Virus record (IMG/VR): IMGVR_UViG_3300042691_039251
Coordinates: 25,679-89,678 of that record
Direction: 5' to 3' (one strand)
DNA length: 64,000 nucleotides
From: a virus
Shown: piece after piece, positions 1-8,090 of the stretch
How the letters are laid out: each line of letters begins with the position of its first letter
Position numbering within the stretch: the stretch's first letter is position 1
Program-made: the position numbers and the translations under genes
Notes under the pieces: generated by a model
Databases searched by the model: none
The model's input: only the letters and a program-made list of their open reading frames with translations
What the model was told of the DNA's origin: nothing

Positions 1-251
1 ACGTCCACGCTGATTTTTCGACTTGGACTTTCAGCGCCTGCTTCGTCAATTCTGAAGAGTATGAGGGAGGCTCGCTCTGTTTTCCTAGACAAGGAGTAAA
101 GAAGAAATTAGACAGAGGAGATGTAGTAGTCTTTCCAGGTGGTCTGACTCACCTCCACTACACTGAGAACATTCAAGAGGGAGAGAGAATAGTCTTAGTC
201 GGACAATCAATGCCTTATAAACAAGACCACAGATTGGGAAAACCTCTCTGA
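1..251 (+). CDS. 2OG-Fe(II) oxygenase, PLOD/prolyl-lysyl hydroxylase-like C-terminal part (5'-truncated by window)
   Basis: Manual translation from base 3: VHADFSTWTF...EYEGGSLCFPRQ...FPGGLTHLH...GERIVLV, stop TGA 249-251; HxD...H iron triad and distal Arg. Confidence 0.8.
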   Translation, partial: VHADFSTWTFSACFVNSEEYEGGSLCFPRQGVKKKLDRGDVVVFPGGLTHLHYTENIQEGERIVLVGQSMPYKQDHRLGKPL

Positions 252-276
252 AACATTTGATCTTTTCACGATAAGA
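250..276 (+). promoter_or_regulatory. putative phage promoter class AAAC(n)TTT...(T/G)ATAA
   Basis: GAAACATTT...GATAAG directly upstream of ATG 282; similar motif at 5061, 39539, 40150, 51728, 56860. Confidence 0.45.
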
Positions 277-281
277 GAAAT

Positions 282-1154
282 ATGAAAAAATTAGTAGTAG
301 CTCGAAGCTGGAGAGAATTTAAGACTCAACAGGCTGCAGCAGTATATAGCCTCTATGAGGTCTTTAAAGATTATGACGTGCACCTCCACTTGGTCATCAA
401 CGATCACAAGAACGAGGCTCTCATAGAAGCATTACGCAAGAAAATGCCGAACTGGAAGATCAACATTTACGATAACCTCTTCTTCGACGAATATGCACTT
501 CTTCGAGGAGCAACTCCTGACCAAATAGCAGAATTTCCGAAATGGATGTGGATCTACCATCTGCTCCTCTATCATTTTCTGTGGCATTCTCATCGGGAAG
601 ACTATGTGCTCACCTACGATGACGACATCTTCTTCAGAGAAAGGCCGGAAGAAGTCTGTCACAAAGTGAATAATAAGATACCTTTTTGCATGGCAGATCA
701 ACATTCTGATTCTGACAAGCCGCTGATGGGAAAACTCGTACTACACTTCGGTAACTGGATCCACGATGAGTATTATGCCTGCTGGGGATCAACTTGGTCA
801 TCTAACAGCGGTTTCATGGGATTGGCCAACAGGGCCATCTTTGAAAATTTCAGCTCACCTGAAGATTTCAGAAAAATGTTGGACATGTTTGAGTACCGGG
901 TTTACCGCCACGAAGACGACAACACTGATTGGAAAGACTACCGAATTCTCCTCCAAGAGCAGTCTTTTCTGGGGATTTTAAACAGAGCTTTCAGCAATAG
1001 AAAACACGCGGTTCTCATTCCAGAATACGGTTACTCGATCAATGATCACAGCATTTCTAAAGTCCACCACTATGTGGCGAAAGCAAAGCTCGCTCCTGAA
1101 TTTCAACAAAGGATCAAATCTAAATACGAAGAACTCTTAAAATTTTTACAATGA
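282..1154 (+). CDS. putative GT-A fold glycosyltransferase (GT8-like)
   Basis: LTYDDDIFF (DxD), NSGFM, QEQSFL and C-terminal HHY motifs. Confidence 0.65.
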   Translation: MKKLVVARSWREFKTQQAAAVYSLYEVFKDYDVHLHLVINDHKNEALIEALRKKMPNWKINIYDNLFFDEYALLRGATPDQIAEFPKWMWIYHLLLYHFLWHSHREDYVLTYDDDIFFRERPEEVCHKVNNKIPFCMADQHSDSDKPLMGKLVLHFGNWIHDEYYACWGSTWSSNSGFMGLANRAIFENFSSPEDFRKMLDMFEYRVYRHEDDNTDWKDYRILLQEQSFLGILNRAFSNRKHAVLIPEYGYSINDHSISKVHHYVAKAKLAPEFQQRIKSKYEELLKFLQ

Positions 1155-1588
1155 AAATAGGAATCACATGCAGCACTTTTGATCTGCTCCACGCCGGGCA
1201 CGTCATCATGTTAGAAGAATCTAAGAAACACTGTGACTATCTGATCTGCGCTCTCCAAGTCGACCCCTCGATGGCCAAGCGGACAGATGGCGTAAAGAAG
1301 AACCCACCCGTCCAATCTCTAGTCGAACGGTATCTGCAATTGGACGCAGTGAAATGGGTCGACAAGATCATTCCCTACACTACTGAACAGGAGCTCGAGG
1401 AGATTTTCATGTCTCTACCAATCAATGTGAGGATCATCGGAGAAGAGTACAGAGAAAAGAACTACACTGCTCGTGAGATCTGTGAGAGAAGAGGGATAGA
1501 GATCATCTATAATAAGAGAGAGCACAACTACTCTTCTTCAGACCTCCGCAGAAGAACGGCCGCAGCTGAACAGAGTAAAAATATATAG
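1151..1588 (+). CDS. tagD: glycerol-3-phosphate cytidylyltransferase-like nucleotidyltransferase
   Basis: TFDLLHAGH (HxGH), ER, YSSSDLR motifs. Confidence 0.85.
   Translation: MKIGITCSTFDLLHAGHVIMLEESKKHCDYLICALQVDPSMAKRTDGVKKNPPVQSLVERYLQLDAVKWVDKIIPYTTEQELEEIFMSLPINVRIIGEEYREKNYTAREICERRGIEIIYNKREHNYSSSDLRRRTAAAEQSKNI
1580..1587 (+). promoter_or_regulatory. putative late promoter box RATANATA
   Basis: AATATATA 28 nt upstream of ATG 1608, same spacing as boxes before the fibre genes. Confidence 0.5.
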
Positions 1589-1607
1589 ACTAGAAAATCA
1601 AGAATCT

Positions 1608-2147
1608 ATGGCAATTCAAATAAATGCAAGTCTAACCTCTAGAAATAAAGGAGAGCTCACTGCAGCAGTAGTGAAGATTGAGAGCTATCGAATCAACAAG
1701 TTTGCCGGTTTGTACGAGTGTACAATAGCAATGTTTAAGGACCTTGAAGACGCAGCTAATTCCAAGCCTCTTTACAAAGAGGACATTTTCTGCGATATGT
1801 CGCAGAGAAGAGTCATGCCGAATCCAGTATCTCCACAACTGATCTACAACGGAGAAGAAGTCGAGTACCCGACTTACATCACTTTTGAGATGTATACTCC
1901 TGTCGAAATAGTGGAAGAATATGTAGAAGACGAGGTCCAGACAGAAACTTACAATACTTTCGATGAAGAGGGTAATGTAGTCCAATCTACGAGAGAAATC
2001 ACAGTACCTGTGACAAAGACTCGAACAGTGACTAAGAACAAGATTGATATCGAGCTCATTGATGGCGATCCTTACGGCTGGGCATACAATAAATTAAAAG
2101 AGGCTCTAGGAGAAATCTTCGGAGCAGAAAATCTAACAGACTGCTAA
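1608..2147 (+). CDS. hypothetical protein, possibly tail-fibre associated
   Basis: 179-aa ORF after late box; C-terminal YGWAYNKLK...DC resembles small proteins found near phage fibre genes. Confidence 0.7.
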   Translation: MAIQINASLTSRNKGELTAAVVKIESYRINKFAGLYECTIAMFKDLEDAANSKPLYKEDIFCDMSQRRVMPNPVSPQLIYNGEEVEYPTYITFEMYTPVEIVEEYVEDEVQTETYNTFDEEGNVVQSTREITVPVTKTRTVTKNKIDIELIDGDPYGWAYNKLKEALGEIFGAENLTDC

Positions 2148-2638
2148 TGACTGTAGTATCACCTCCTTCTAGTAACACTAACGTCGGAAACGCCGGAGCT
2201 GGTGGTAGCACCACGGAGATCTCAGCGATCGCCTGGGCCACCTCGAGCATCAGCATCAACAACACTCAAGTGAACAGGCTCTACCCAGCGATCTCGTCTG
2301 GGACTCAGAGACCTTTTAGCTGGTTCCACGGCAAGAGCTTCAGGGTGATCAGGCTCGTCTATAATGGCTATCCTTCTGGATACGGTTATACTAACATGAC
2401 ATATCCTTTCAGCTCCTCAGCTACGCCCTATCCTACTCTAGATTACTCTTACCGATATGATACTTACAGCTACATCACCTTCCAAGCATTCGCTACATAT
2501 CCGTACACTTTCAGTGCTTGGGCTCTAGGGTCTTCATCAGCTCCTACTTCAGAGATAACTTCTGCGAATCCGGTGAGCATTTACGTGGCTGATTGGCCTT
2601 CGACGGGATATTTTTACATCTGGGCTAAATTCGTCTAA
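2147..2638 (+). CDS. hypothetical Ser/Thr/Tyr-rich virion-type protein
   Basis: TAATG overlap; ISINNTQV...SWFHGKS N-terminal motif typical of phage fibre-associated proteins. Confidence 0.7.
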   Translation: MTVVSPPSSNTNVGNAGAGGSTTEISAIAWATSSISINNTQVNRLYPAISSGTQRPFSWFHGKSFRVIRLVYNGYPSGYGYTNMTYPFSSSATPYPTLDYSYRYDTYSYITFQAFATYPYTFSAWALGSSSAPTSEITSANPVSIYVADWPSTGYFYIWAKFV

Positions 2639-3552
2639 TGAAATTTCATCTAAGTTCGAATTTAGATCCTTGGATAGGATATTCTCTTCTCAAACACTAC
2701 AACTGCTCAGACCACCGCTCTTGCGTCGTCTATTCTCTCTGGGGAGATCGTGGGTACATAACTTACCTCAAGTACTCTCTCATGTCTTTGATCTCATCTA
2801 CTGACGTCAGCGACAGAGCAGATATTTTAATTTTCGTGAGCAGCGATCTCTACGAAGAAACGGTAGATTGTCTAAACGGAATAATCGGCAAAGACTGTTT
2901 TGTGAGAGTAGAGAGCTCTCAAAAATATCTCATTCATACTCATCCTTCCACTCAGAAGTACGATAATTTTCTCATGCTTGACACTGATTCTTTTTTCTTG
3001 GGACGAGACACGATATTCGAGAAGATGGAAAAGTTTTATGCAAACCCTGAGAACTCAAAGACGATGTTCATGGTCAAAGACTTTATCGATTCTAAGACTG
3101 CTTTCTGGACGAGAAAGTCGAGCCACTGTGAAGCACCTTCTCTAGAGAGATATGAATCTTTTTACAAAAAGTCAATCGGTGAAGAGGAGTTCGAGAAGAT
3201 GATGAAAAAGAACTGGTGGGTTTCTTACGCAGTGGCCTACAGCAAAGAGCACTTCAAAGAAGAGGGTTACTCTTCGTACGCAGCCGAAAATTTTCAAATG
3301 GGCCAAGGATGTGATGAGACAGTCTTCCTGACTTGGGCTCACAAAAATTCATATGATCTGCGTGGCATTGAAAAGTTCTTTCCCTGCTACGATCAGTACA
3401 TATCATCTGGAGAGTCAGTATCAGATTTTTTTACAGAGCAGAACATTGCGGCTCTCTATCATCCACTAGTCGGAGAAAATGCTTTGAACATTTGTAACGT
3501 CTTTCTTTTAGCCGAGATAGAGAAGAAGCACGAAGCACTTTTAGAACATTAG
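2638..3552 (+). CDS. putative glycosyltransferase-like protein
   Basis: YSLWG, FLMLDTDSFF (DxD), DETVFL, LYH. Confidence 0.55.
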   Translation: MKFHLSSNLDPWIGYSLLKHYNCSDHRSCVVYSLWGDRGYITYLKYSLMSLISSTDVSDRADILIFVSSDLYEETVDCLNGIIGKDCFVRVESSQKYLIHTHPSTQKYDNFLMLDTDSFFLGRDTIFEKMEKFYANPENSKTMFMVKDFIDSKTAFWTRKSSHCEAPSLERYESFYKKSIGEEEFEKMMKKNWWVSYAVAYSKEHFKEEGYSSYAAENFQMGQGCDETVFLTWAHKNSYDLRGIEKFFPCYDQYISSGESVSDFFTEQNIAALYHPLVGENALNICNVFLLAEIEKKHEALLEH

Positions 3553-3555
3553 AAC

Positions 3556-4368
3556 ATGAAAGCAGTATGGGTCCTAGAAAATTTCAAGGGCGAGTTCTCG
3601 ATGCCATCGATAGAGCTCAGAGTCTTCATCACCTCGGTGGTCCAGTGGAAGAGGTTCTATCCTAATTTTGAGACTGTTCTTTTTTGTACTCAAGACGTCT
3701 ACCAATACCTCAAATCTTTAGACGCGGATTCCCTTTGGGATCAAATAGACACTGACATTCTAGAAACTGAAGATTCAGTCGACAGAAAAAGGTTCTGGAC
3801 CGCAGGAAAATACAAAGTCATGAGGGGCCTCGATGCTCCTTTCGTCCTCATGGACTGCGATCTCTTTCTCACTCAGAAGATAGATGAATCCACATTCGAG
3901 AACGATCTCGTGGTCTGCCATCCAGAGAATGCTGAATTCTACCACTACTTCTGGCAGAAAGAGCACGTCTTCGAAAGCGTAGGAATCGAGAGGCTCCCAG
4001 AAGATCCAGAAGGAAAAGCCTGGAACGTGAGCTTCTTCTATGTAAAAGATCAGAGCTTCAAGGATCTCTATTTAGAGACAGCTTGGGACTGGATGGAGAG
4101 GCTTTCAAAATACGAAGGAGATGAAGAGTGGCAGAACGGCTACATGCTCTACTGCGAACAGAAGCTCCTCTACGATCTATCTCTGAGATCTGGGATCAAG
4201 ACTCATTATCTGAAAAGCGGAATCTCTGATGAAAACCCGATTCACCTCGGAGAAGAAAAGAGGAGAGAAGACCTCAAAACGACTCACCTTCCCTTCCGAG
4301 AACACCAAGCTCGAGAGGCTGTGATCGGATCAGGATTCGAGGCGAAGATAAATGAAATAGTAGGTTGA
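3556..4368 (+). CDS. putative nucleotide-sugar transferase (DUF6734-like)
   Basis: FWTAGKY, PFVLMDCDLFL, NVSF, CEQKLL, IHL; paralogous to 6293-7318. Confidence 0.6.
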   Translation: MKAVWVLENFKGEFSMPSIELRVFITSVVQWKRFYPNFETVLFCTQDVYQYLKSLDADSLWDQIDTDILETEDSVDRKRFWTAGKYKVMRGLDAPFVLMDCDLFLTQKIDESTFENDLVVCHPENAEFYHYFWQKEHVFESVGIERLPEDPEGKAWNVSFFYVKDQSFKDLYLETAWDWMERLSKYEGDEEWQNGYMLYCEQKLLYDLSLRSGIKTHYLKSGISDENPIHLGEEKRREDLKTTHLPFREHQAREAVIGSGFEAKINEIVG

Positions 4369-4506
4369 TTGGAAAGCCTTACACCTTCATAAAAGGGGCA
4401 CTTAAGTTGGAATGTAAGCGAGGAGACTGAATGAAGTCAAAGAAATGCCAATCGTAAAAGCAGATGTCCACGCACCCATCTTCTGCTTTCCTCCTTTTGA
4501 TAAATA

Positions 4507-4538
4507 ATGCCCGATTCACAGTCGGGCATCTATTTTTT
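4507..4538 (+). terminator. hairpin / putative intrinsic terminator
   Basis: ATGCCCGA-ttcacag-TCGGGCAT followed by T-run. Confidence 0.55.
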
Positions 4539-4546
4539 CCACTCAG

Positions 4547-4577
4547 TTTTCCGTTTCGAAAAAAATTACTAGATATG
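4547..4577 (+). promoter_or_regulatory. putative host-sigma (early) promoter
   Basis: TTTT...TC-N12-TAGATATG, same layout as eight other intergenic sites. Confidence 0.45.
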
Positions 4578-4592
4578 CATACAATAGCATTT

Positions 4593-4751
4593 ATGAAAGC
4601 TCTGTTTGAGAAATGGAAAGCAAAAAAGAAGAATCGTCCGCTGAAAGTCGACGTCATGGATCCCGAGGAGTACTATCTCGGAGGAGAAGCCATGATCGGT
4701 CCCGAGATCCTCAAGGAAAGAAAATTGAAACAAAAAAGAAAAAAGCTATAA
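4593..4751 (+). CDS. small basic hypothetical protein
   Basis: MKALFEKWKAKKK...; start chosen downstream of promoter motif. Confidence 0.55.
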   Translation: MKALFEKWKAKKKNRPLKVDVMDPEEYYLGGEAMIGPEILKERKLKQKRKKL

Positions 4752-4763
4752 AAATAAGACTTT

Positions 4764-4847
4764 GGCCTGGTGGAGAAATTGGTAGACTCGCCATCTTGAG
4801 GGGGTGGTTCCAGCAATGGAGTGAGGGTTCGAATCCCTCCCAGGTCA
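4764..4847 (+). tRNA. tRNA-Leu(GAG)
   Basis: Acceptor GGCCTGG/CCAGGTC, anticodon arm CCATC-TTGAGGG-GGTGG, long variable arm, T arm GAGGG-TTCGAAT-CCCTC; no encoded CCA. Confidence 0.93.
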
Positions 4848-4852
4848 CAGAT

Positions 4853-4928
4853 CGTAGGGTAGAGCAGATGGTAGCTTGCGAGGCTCATAACCTCGAGGTC
4901 GTGGGTTCGAGTCCCACCCCTGCAACCA
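4853..4928 (+). tRNA. tRNA-Met(CAT), probably initiator fMet
   Basis: C1:A72 mismatch, anticodon arm CGAGG-CTCATAA-CCTCG, T arm GTGGG-TTCGAGT-CCCAC, encoded ACCA. Confidence 0.92.
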
Positions 4929-4929
4929 A

Positions 4930-5003
4930 GGTCTTGTAGCTCAGTTGGTTAGAGCGCTTCCTTGACATGGAAGAGGTCACCGGTTCGAATCCAGTCGAGA
5001 TCA
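4930..5003 (+). tRNA. tRNA-Val(GAC)
   Basis: GGTCTTG/CGAGATC acceptor, D arm GCTC/GAGC, CTTCC-TTGACAT-GGAAG, T loop TTCGAAT (one C:A mismatch in T stem). Confidence 0.92.
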
Positions 5004-5025
5004 CATTTTATTCCTTGAAAAACCG

Positions 5026-5052
5026 AGTCCCGATTTCTATCGGGGCTTTTTT
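5026..5052 (+). terminator. intrinsic terminator after tRNA cluster
   Basis: AGTCCCGAT-ttct-ATCGGGGCT then TTTTT. Confidence 0.75.
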
Positions 5053-5101
5053 CGTAGAAGTAAACTTTTCGTACCCTTTGCATATAACTTGCATGAAACA
5101 T

Positions 5102-5132
5102 TTTTCTTTTCATCTTCTTTTTTCTAAAATTG
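5102..5132 (+). promoter_or_regulatory. putative early promoter
   Basis: TTTT...TC-N13-TAAAATTG. Confidence 0.45.
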
Positions 5133-5139
5133 TTCAAGA

Positions 5140-5550
5140 ATGAGGAAGATCAGCCTAAAATATAGATTGAGGAAGTTCAGAGTCAGATTTAGAAGAGTCT
5201 GGGACTTCGCTACTCTGAACAGCAAGCGGTACCGCTTGGACGGTGACATTGATCTAGCAGTGAAAATTGTGATCAAGATGATGGTCAAAGAGGGATGTGA
5301 GATCAGGTACTCACAGATGCAGGGATTCTTCCACCTCAATAGGGGTCACCTCTACGCTAAAATTTCTGAATCCACTGTCACCATCATCAATGGAAAATAT
5401 GCTTATGAGCTCATGCTTCCGCCTCAAATAGGATACGACCTCTATTCTCGGATCAAAGCGACAAATGAGAGGCAGCTGCTTAGAGCTGAAAGAGAACACC
5501 GAGAGAGGATAGAAAAGTCACTGCAGGGGATTTATGAAAGCTTAGACTAA
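5140..5550 (+). CDS. hypothetical protein
   Basis: 136-aa ORF after promoter motif. Confidence 0.75.
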   Translation: MRKISLKYRLRKFRVRFRRVWDFATLNSKRYRLDGDIDLAVKIVIKMMVKEGCEIRYSQMQGFFHLNRGHLYAKISESTVTIINGKYAYELMLPPQIGYDLYSRIKATNERQLLRAEREHRERIEKSLQGIYESLD

Positions 5551-5561
5551 CAAATTGAAAT

Positions 5562-5765
5562 ATGAAAAATTCAGAAGAAACTAAAGTCTATCACAAACAG
5601 ATGATTGAGATGGCTGAGGAATCAAAAAAATTCATCAAAATTCCAGCAGATCAGATACTCAAAGAAGAGGATAATGAGAAGCTGGGAGCGTGGATCAGAG
5701 CCCAGATGATGAAGAAGATTTCAGACTGTAACGCACACATCGATCACGTCAAAAGTTTACAATAA
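5562..5765 (+). CDS. hypothetical protein
   Basis: 67-aa ORF, A-rich leader, tight packing. Confidence 0.7.
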   Translation: MKNSEETKVYHKQMIEMAEESKKFIKIPADQILKEEDNEKLGAWIRAQMMKKISDCNAHIDHVKSLQ

Positions 5766-5776
5766 AAACCAACCAC

Positions 5777-6031
5777 ATGTCAGATTATCAAGAAAGGCCG
5801 AACCGTAGTAGAGACGAATTCAGCAGAGAATTCGATCGAAGAGACGACACAGTTTCTCTCAGAGAACAGTTGAAAAAATGGGGGACGCCGGAAGAAAAGA
5901 AAATGATCGCTGAGATCGAGAGAAAAGAAGAAATTGCAAGAGAAAAGAAGAGACAGTACCGAGGAGACGAGCCTGAAAAACTCAACATCGTACCTGACTT
6001 TTCAAAGCACGACGTTAAGAGAGATTGGTAA
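5777..6031 (+). CDS. hypothetical protein
   Basis: 84-aa charged ORF, tight packing. Confidence 0.7.
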   Translation: MSDYQERPNRSRDEFSREFDRRDDTVSLREQLKKWGTPEEKKMIAEIERKEEIAREKKRQYRGDEPEKLNIVPDFSKHDVKRDW

Positions 6032-6053
6032 CTAAATTTTAAGAACAAACAAT

Positions 6054-6296
6054 ATGGCGTACATTGACGTAGAAGTAGAAGACACCATCGACATCTCGGT
6101 GCGGAAATTTTTCAGAGAGATGAGCGATTCAGAAAAAGATGAAATGAGAAACCTCCTCGGAGTGAAAAAGCCGATGGAACCCTCTTTCATCGATGACGAT
6201 TTCGATCGAGAAGTAACAAAATTGGCTGGTAATCGTTGGAGACTCACCATCGAAGACGAGGAAACAGTATTAAAAATAGCGAAGAAAATCGTATGA
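6054..6296 (+). CDS. hypothetical protein
   Basis: 80-aa ORF; ATGA overlap with next gene. Confidence 0.7.
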   Translation: MAYIDVEVEDTIDISVRKFFREMSDSEKDEMRNLLGVKKPMEPSFIDDDFDREVTKLAGNRWRLTIEDEETVLKIAKKIV

Positions 6297-7318
6297 TAGG
6301 ACTCACCGGGATCCACTCCTTCGTCACAGATCCGAAGAAAGATGTGAACCATCCCAAAAAGTATTTGGAGCACGTGCTCCTCACTCAGCTTCTCAGCGCA
6401 TGGTGTTGGAAACAGACCAACGGTCCGATCCACCTCTACACGACTCCGGCAGATGCTGAATTTCTCGAAAGCATGAAGATGCTCGACATCTACGACCACG
6501 TAGATACAGAGGTCCTCTCTTCAGTGGACGACATTCCTTGGGACGAGTTTGGTCCGGCTTGTAAGATGAAGGTTGCATCATCGCAGAAGAAATTTCCTTT
6601 TGCGACTATCGACAATGATCTCATCTTCAGGACTCCTCTCGAACCACACCTCCTCAATTCAGATCTCACTTTTCTCCACCGAGAAGTCTTCCTCCACCGG
6701 AACTATCCTCCGCTGGAATACCTGGGGAAGAGAGAAGGTTATGAATTTCCCTCTTTTCTCTCGAAGCAGGTCGATCCGATCAATGTCGGTTTCGTCATCT
6801 GGACCAATCCCCAACTCCTCAGAGACTATTGGTCCTACGCTCACGATTACATGAGGGAGAACCGCGGCGAGAGCATCCAACCTGAATGGGCAGTTCCAGG
6901 ACTTCCTAAGTTTTGGAAGAGCCTCTTCGTCGAACAACGGATGCTGCCGGCTCTCATCGAGAGGGACAATTACCAGGTGGTCTCACTCTTCCCACTCAGA
7001 TACTCTGGAGACATTGATGTCTGGGTCGATAGGAAGGGAGAAAAGAAAGACTTTGAAAAAGAGCAGCAGGAAACCGGAATCGACTTCTACCACATGTGGG
7101 GCGAAAAGAACGTCTACTATAATTTGAATCCGCCTTTCTGCGGAGGTAACCAGATCAGGACTCTGTACAGGTTGCTTCAGACTGCTGATGAGACGAAAGA
7201 CGATCAAGTCCTAGCTGCAGTCGATGAGATCGTGCTCTTCACGATCCAAAAGACTCACGCAATGGGGCTCGAAGATTTTTATGAGCTGAGAACATCAATA
7301 AGATACTTGTTAAAATGA
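6293..7318 (+). CDS. putative nucleotide-sugar transferase (DUF6734-like)
   Basis: Start MIGLTG at ATGA overlap; PFATIDNDLIF, INVGF, FVEQRML, FYHMWG. Confidence 0.65.
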   Translation: MIGLTGIHSFVTDPKKDVNHPKKYLEHVLLTQLLSAWCWKQTNGPIHLYTTPADAEFLESMKMLDIYDHVDTEVLSSVDDIPWDEFGPACKMKVASSQKKFPFATIDNDLIFRTPLEPHLLNSDLTFLHREVFLHRNYPPLEYLGKREGYEFPSFLSKQVDPINVGFVIWTNPQLLRDYWSYAHDYMRENRGESIQPEWAVPGLPKFWKSLFVEQRMLPALIERDNYQVVSLFPLRYSGDIDVWVDRKGEKKDFEKEQQETGIDFYHMWGEKNVYYNLNPPFCGGNQIRTLYRLLQTADETKDDQVLAAVDEIVLFTIQKTHAMGLEDFYELRTSIRYLLK

Positions 7319-8082
7319 AAATAATTACTCACACGAGCAGGACAGACAAAGAGTGGAGCTCCCTCTGCATCGAGTCCCAAAAAGAATTTGCTGAAAAGAG
7401 AGGAATCGAACACCGAGTCTATGAGAACCTCGACATCGACGGTAGATCAAGCGGATGGGCTCGCTTTAGAGCAATGCAGGGAATGCTCATCGGCACTCCT
7501 GTCGGCGAAGGCATCGTCTGGATGGATTCGGATCTCATGGTGATGAACCACGATTTTGATCTAGCAGCGATGGTAAGTGAATTTGAAGCTGACAAGCACA
7601 CTGTGGCCTGTGCCTTTGCAGTCGGAGGCTCATTGGACCTCAGCCTCATCTTTTTTAAGAACGTGATCGATGCGAGAGTGCTCTTCGATTTTGGTTGGGA
7701 TGTGGGCAAATCTGAAGCACAGGGAGAAAGAAGAGACAAGCTTTCATTTGAGCTCATGAACATCCTCTCTCCCAGAAGAATCCAATTTGTCAATCCGACA
7801 GGGCTCCTCTCTCACTGGTACCCAAAATCACCCATCGGTTTCTACAACCACCGAATCGACAGCGAAGAAGGAAAGCTCGGGCTCTTCACGATGAAAAAGC
7901 CGAAAGAGATGCTCGAGGGTTTCAACGACCTCTACGTTCCAGGGACCTTTGCAGTCCACCTCAGAGAGAAGGGACCAAGCCTCCTCCAAGTCTCAAAAGA
8001 GTTCAAACGTTACCGAGAAGGTTTCATGGAAAGCGTCATTGAATCGAGATCTCTGGCGAGAGATTTGGGACCTAAACAATAA
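7315..8082 (+). CDS. putative glycosyltransferase (GT34/GMA12-like)
   Basis: SQKEFAEKRGIE, GWAR, IVWMDSDLMVMN, FAVH. Confidence 0.6.
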   Translation: MKIITHTSRTDKEWSSLCIESQKEFAEKRGIEHRVYENLDIDGRSSGWARFRAMQGMLIGTPVGEGIVWMDSDLMVMNHDFDLAAMVSEFEADKHTVACAFAVGGSLDLSLIFFKNVIDARVLFDFGWDVGKSEAQGERRDKLSFELMNILSPRRIQFVNPTGLLSHWYPKSPIGFYNHRIDSEEGKLGLFTMKKPKEMLEGFNDLYVPGTFAVHLREKGPSLLQVSKEFKRYREGFMESVIESRSLARDLGPKQ

Positions 8083-8090
8083 CATTCTAC

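Noticed and set aside
4379-4657. Minus-strand 92-aa ORF
   Set aside because: It crosses a hairpin, a promoter and a plus-strand ORF; no recognisable motif.
4613-5137. ORFs overlapping the tRNA cluster
   Set aside because: The sequence is explained by three tRNAs and a terminator.
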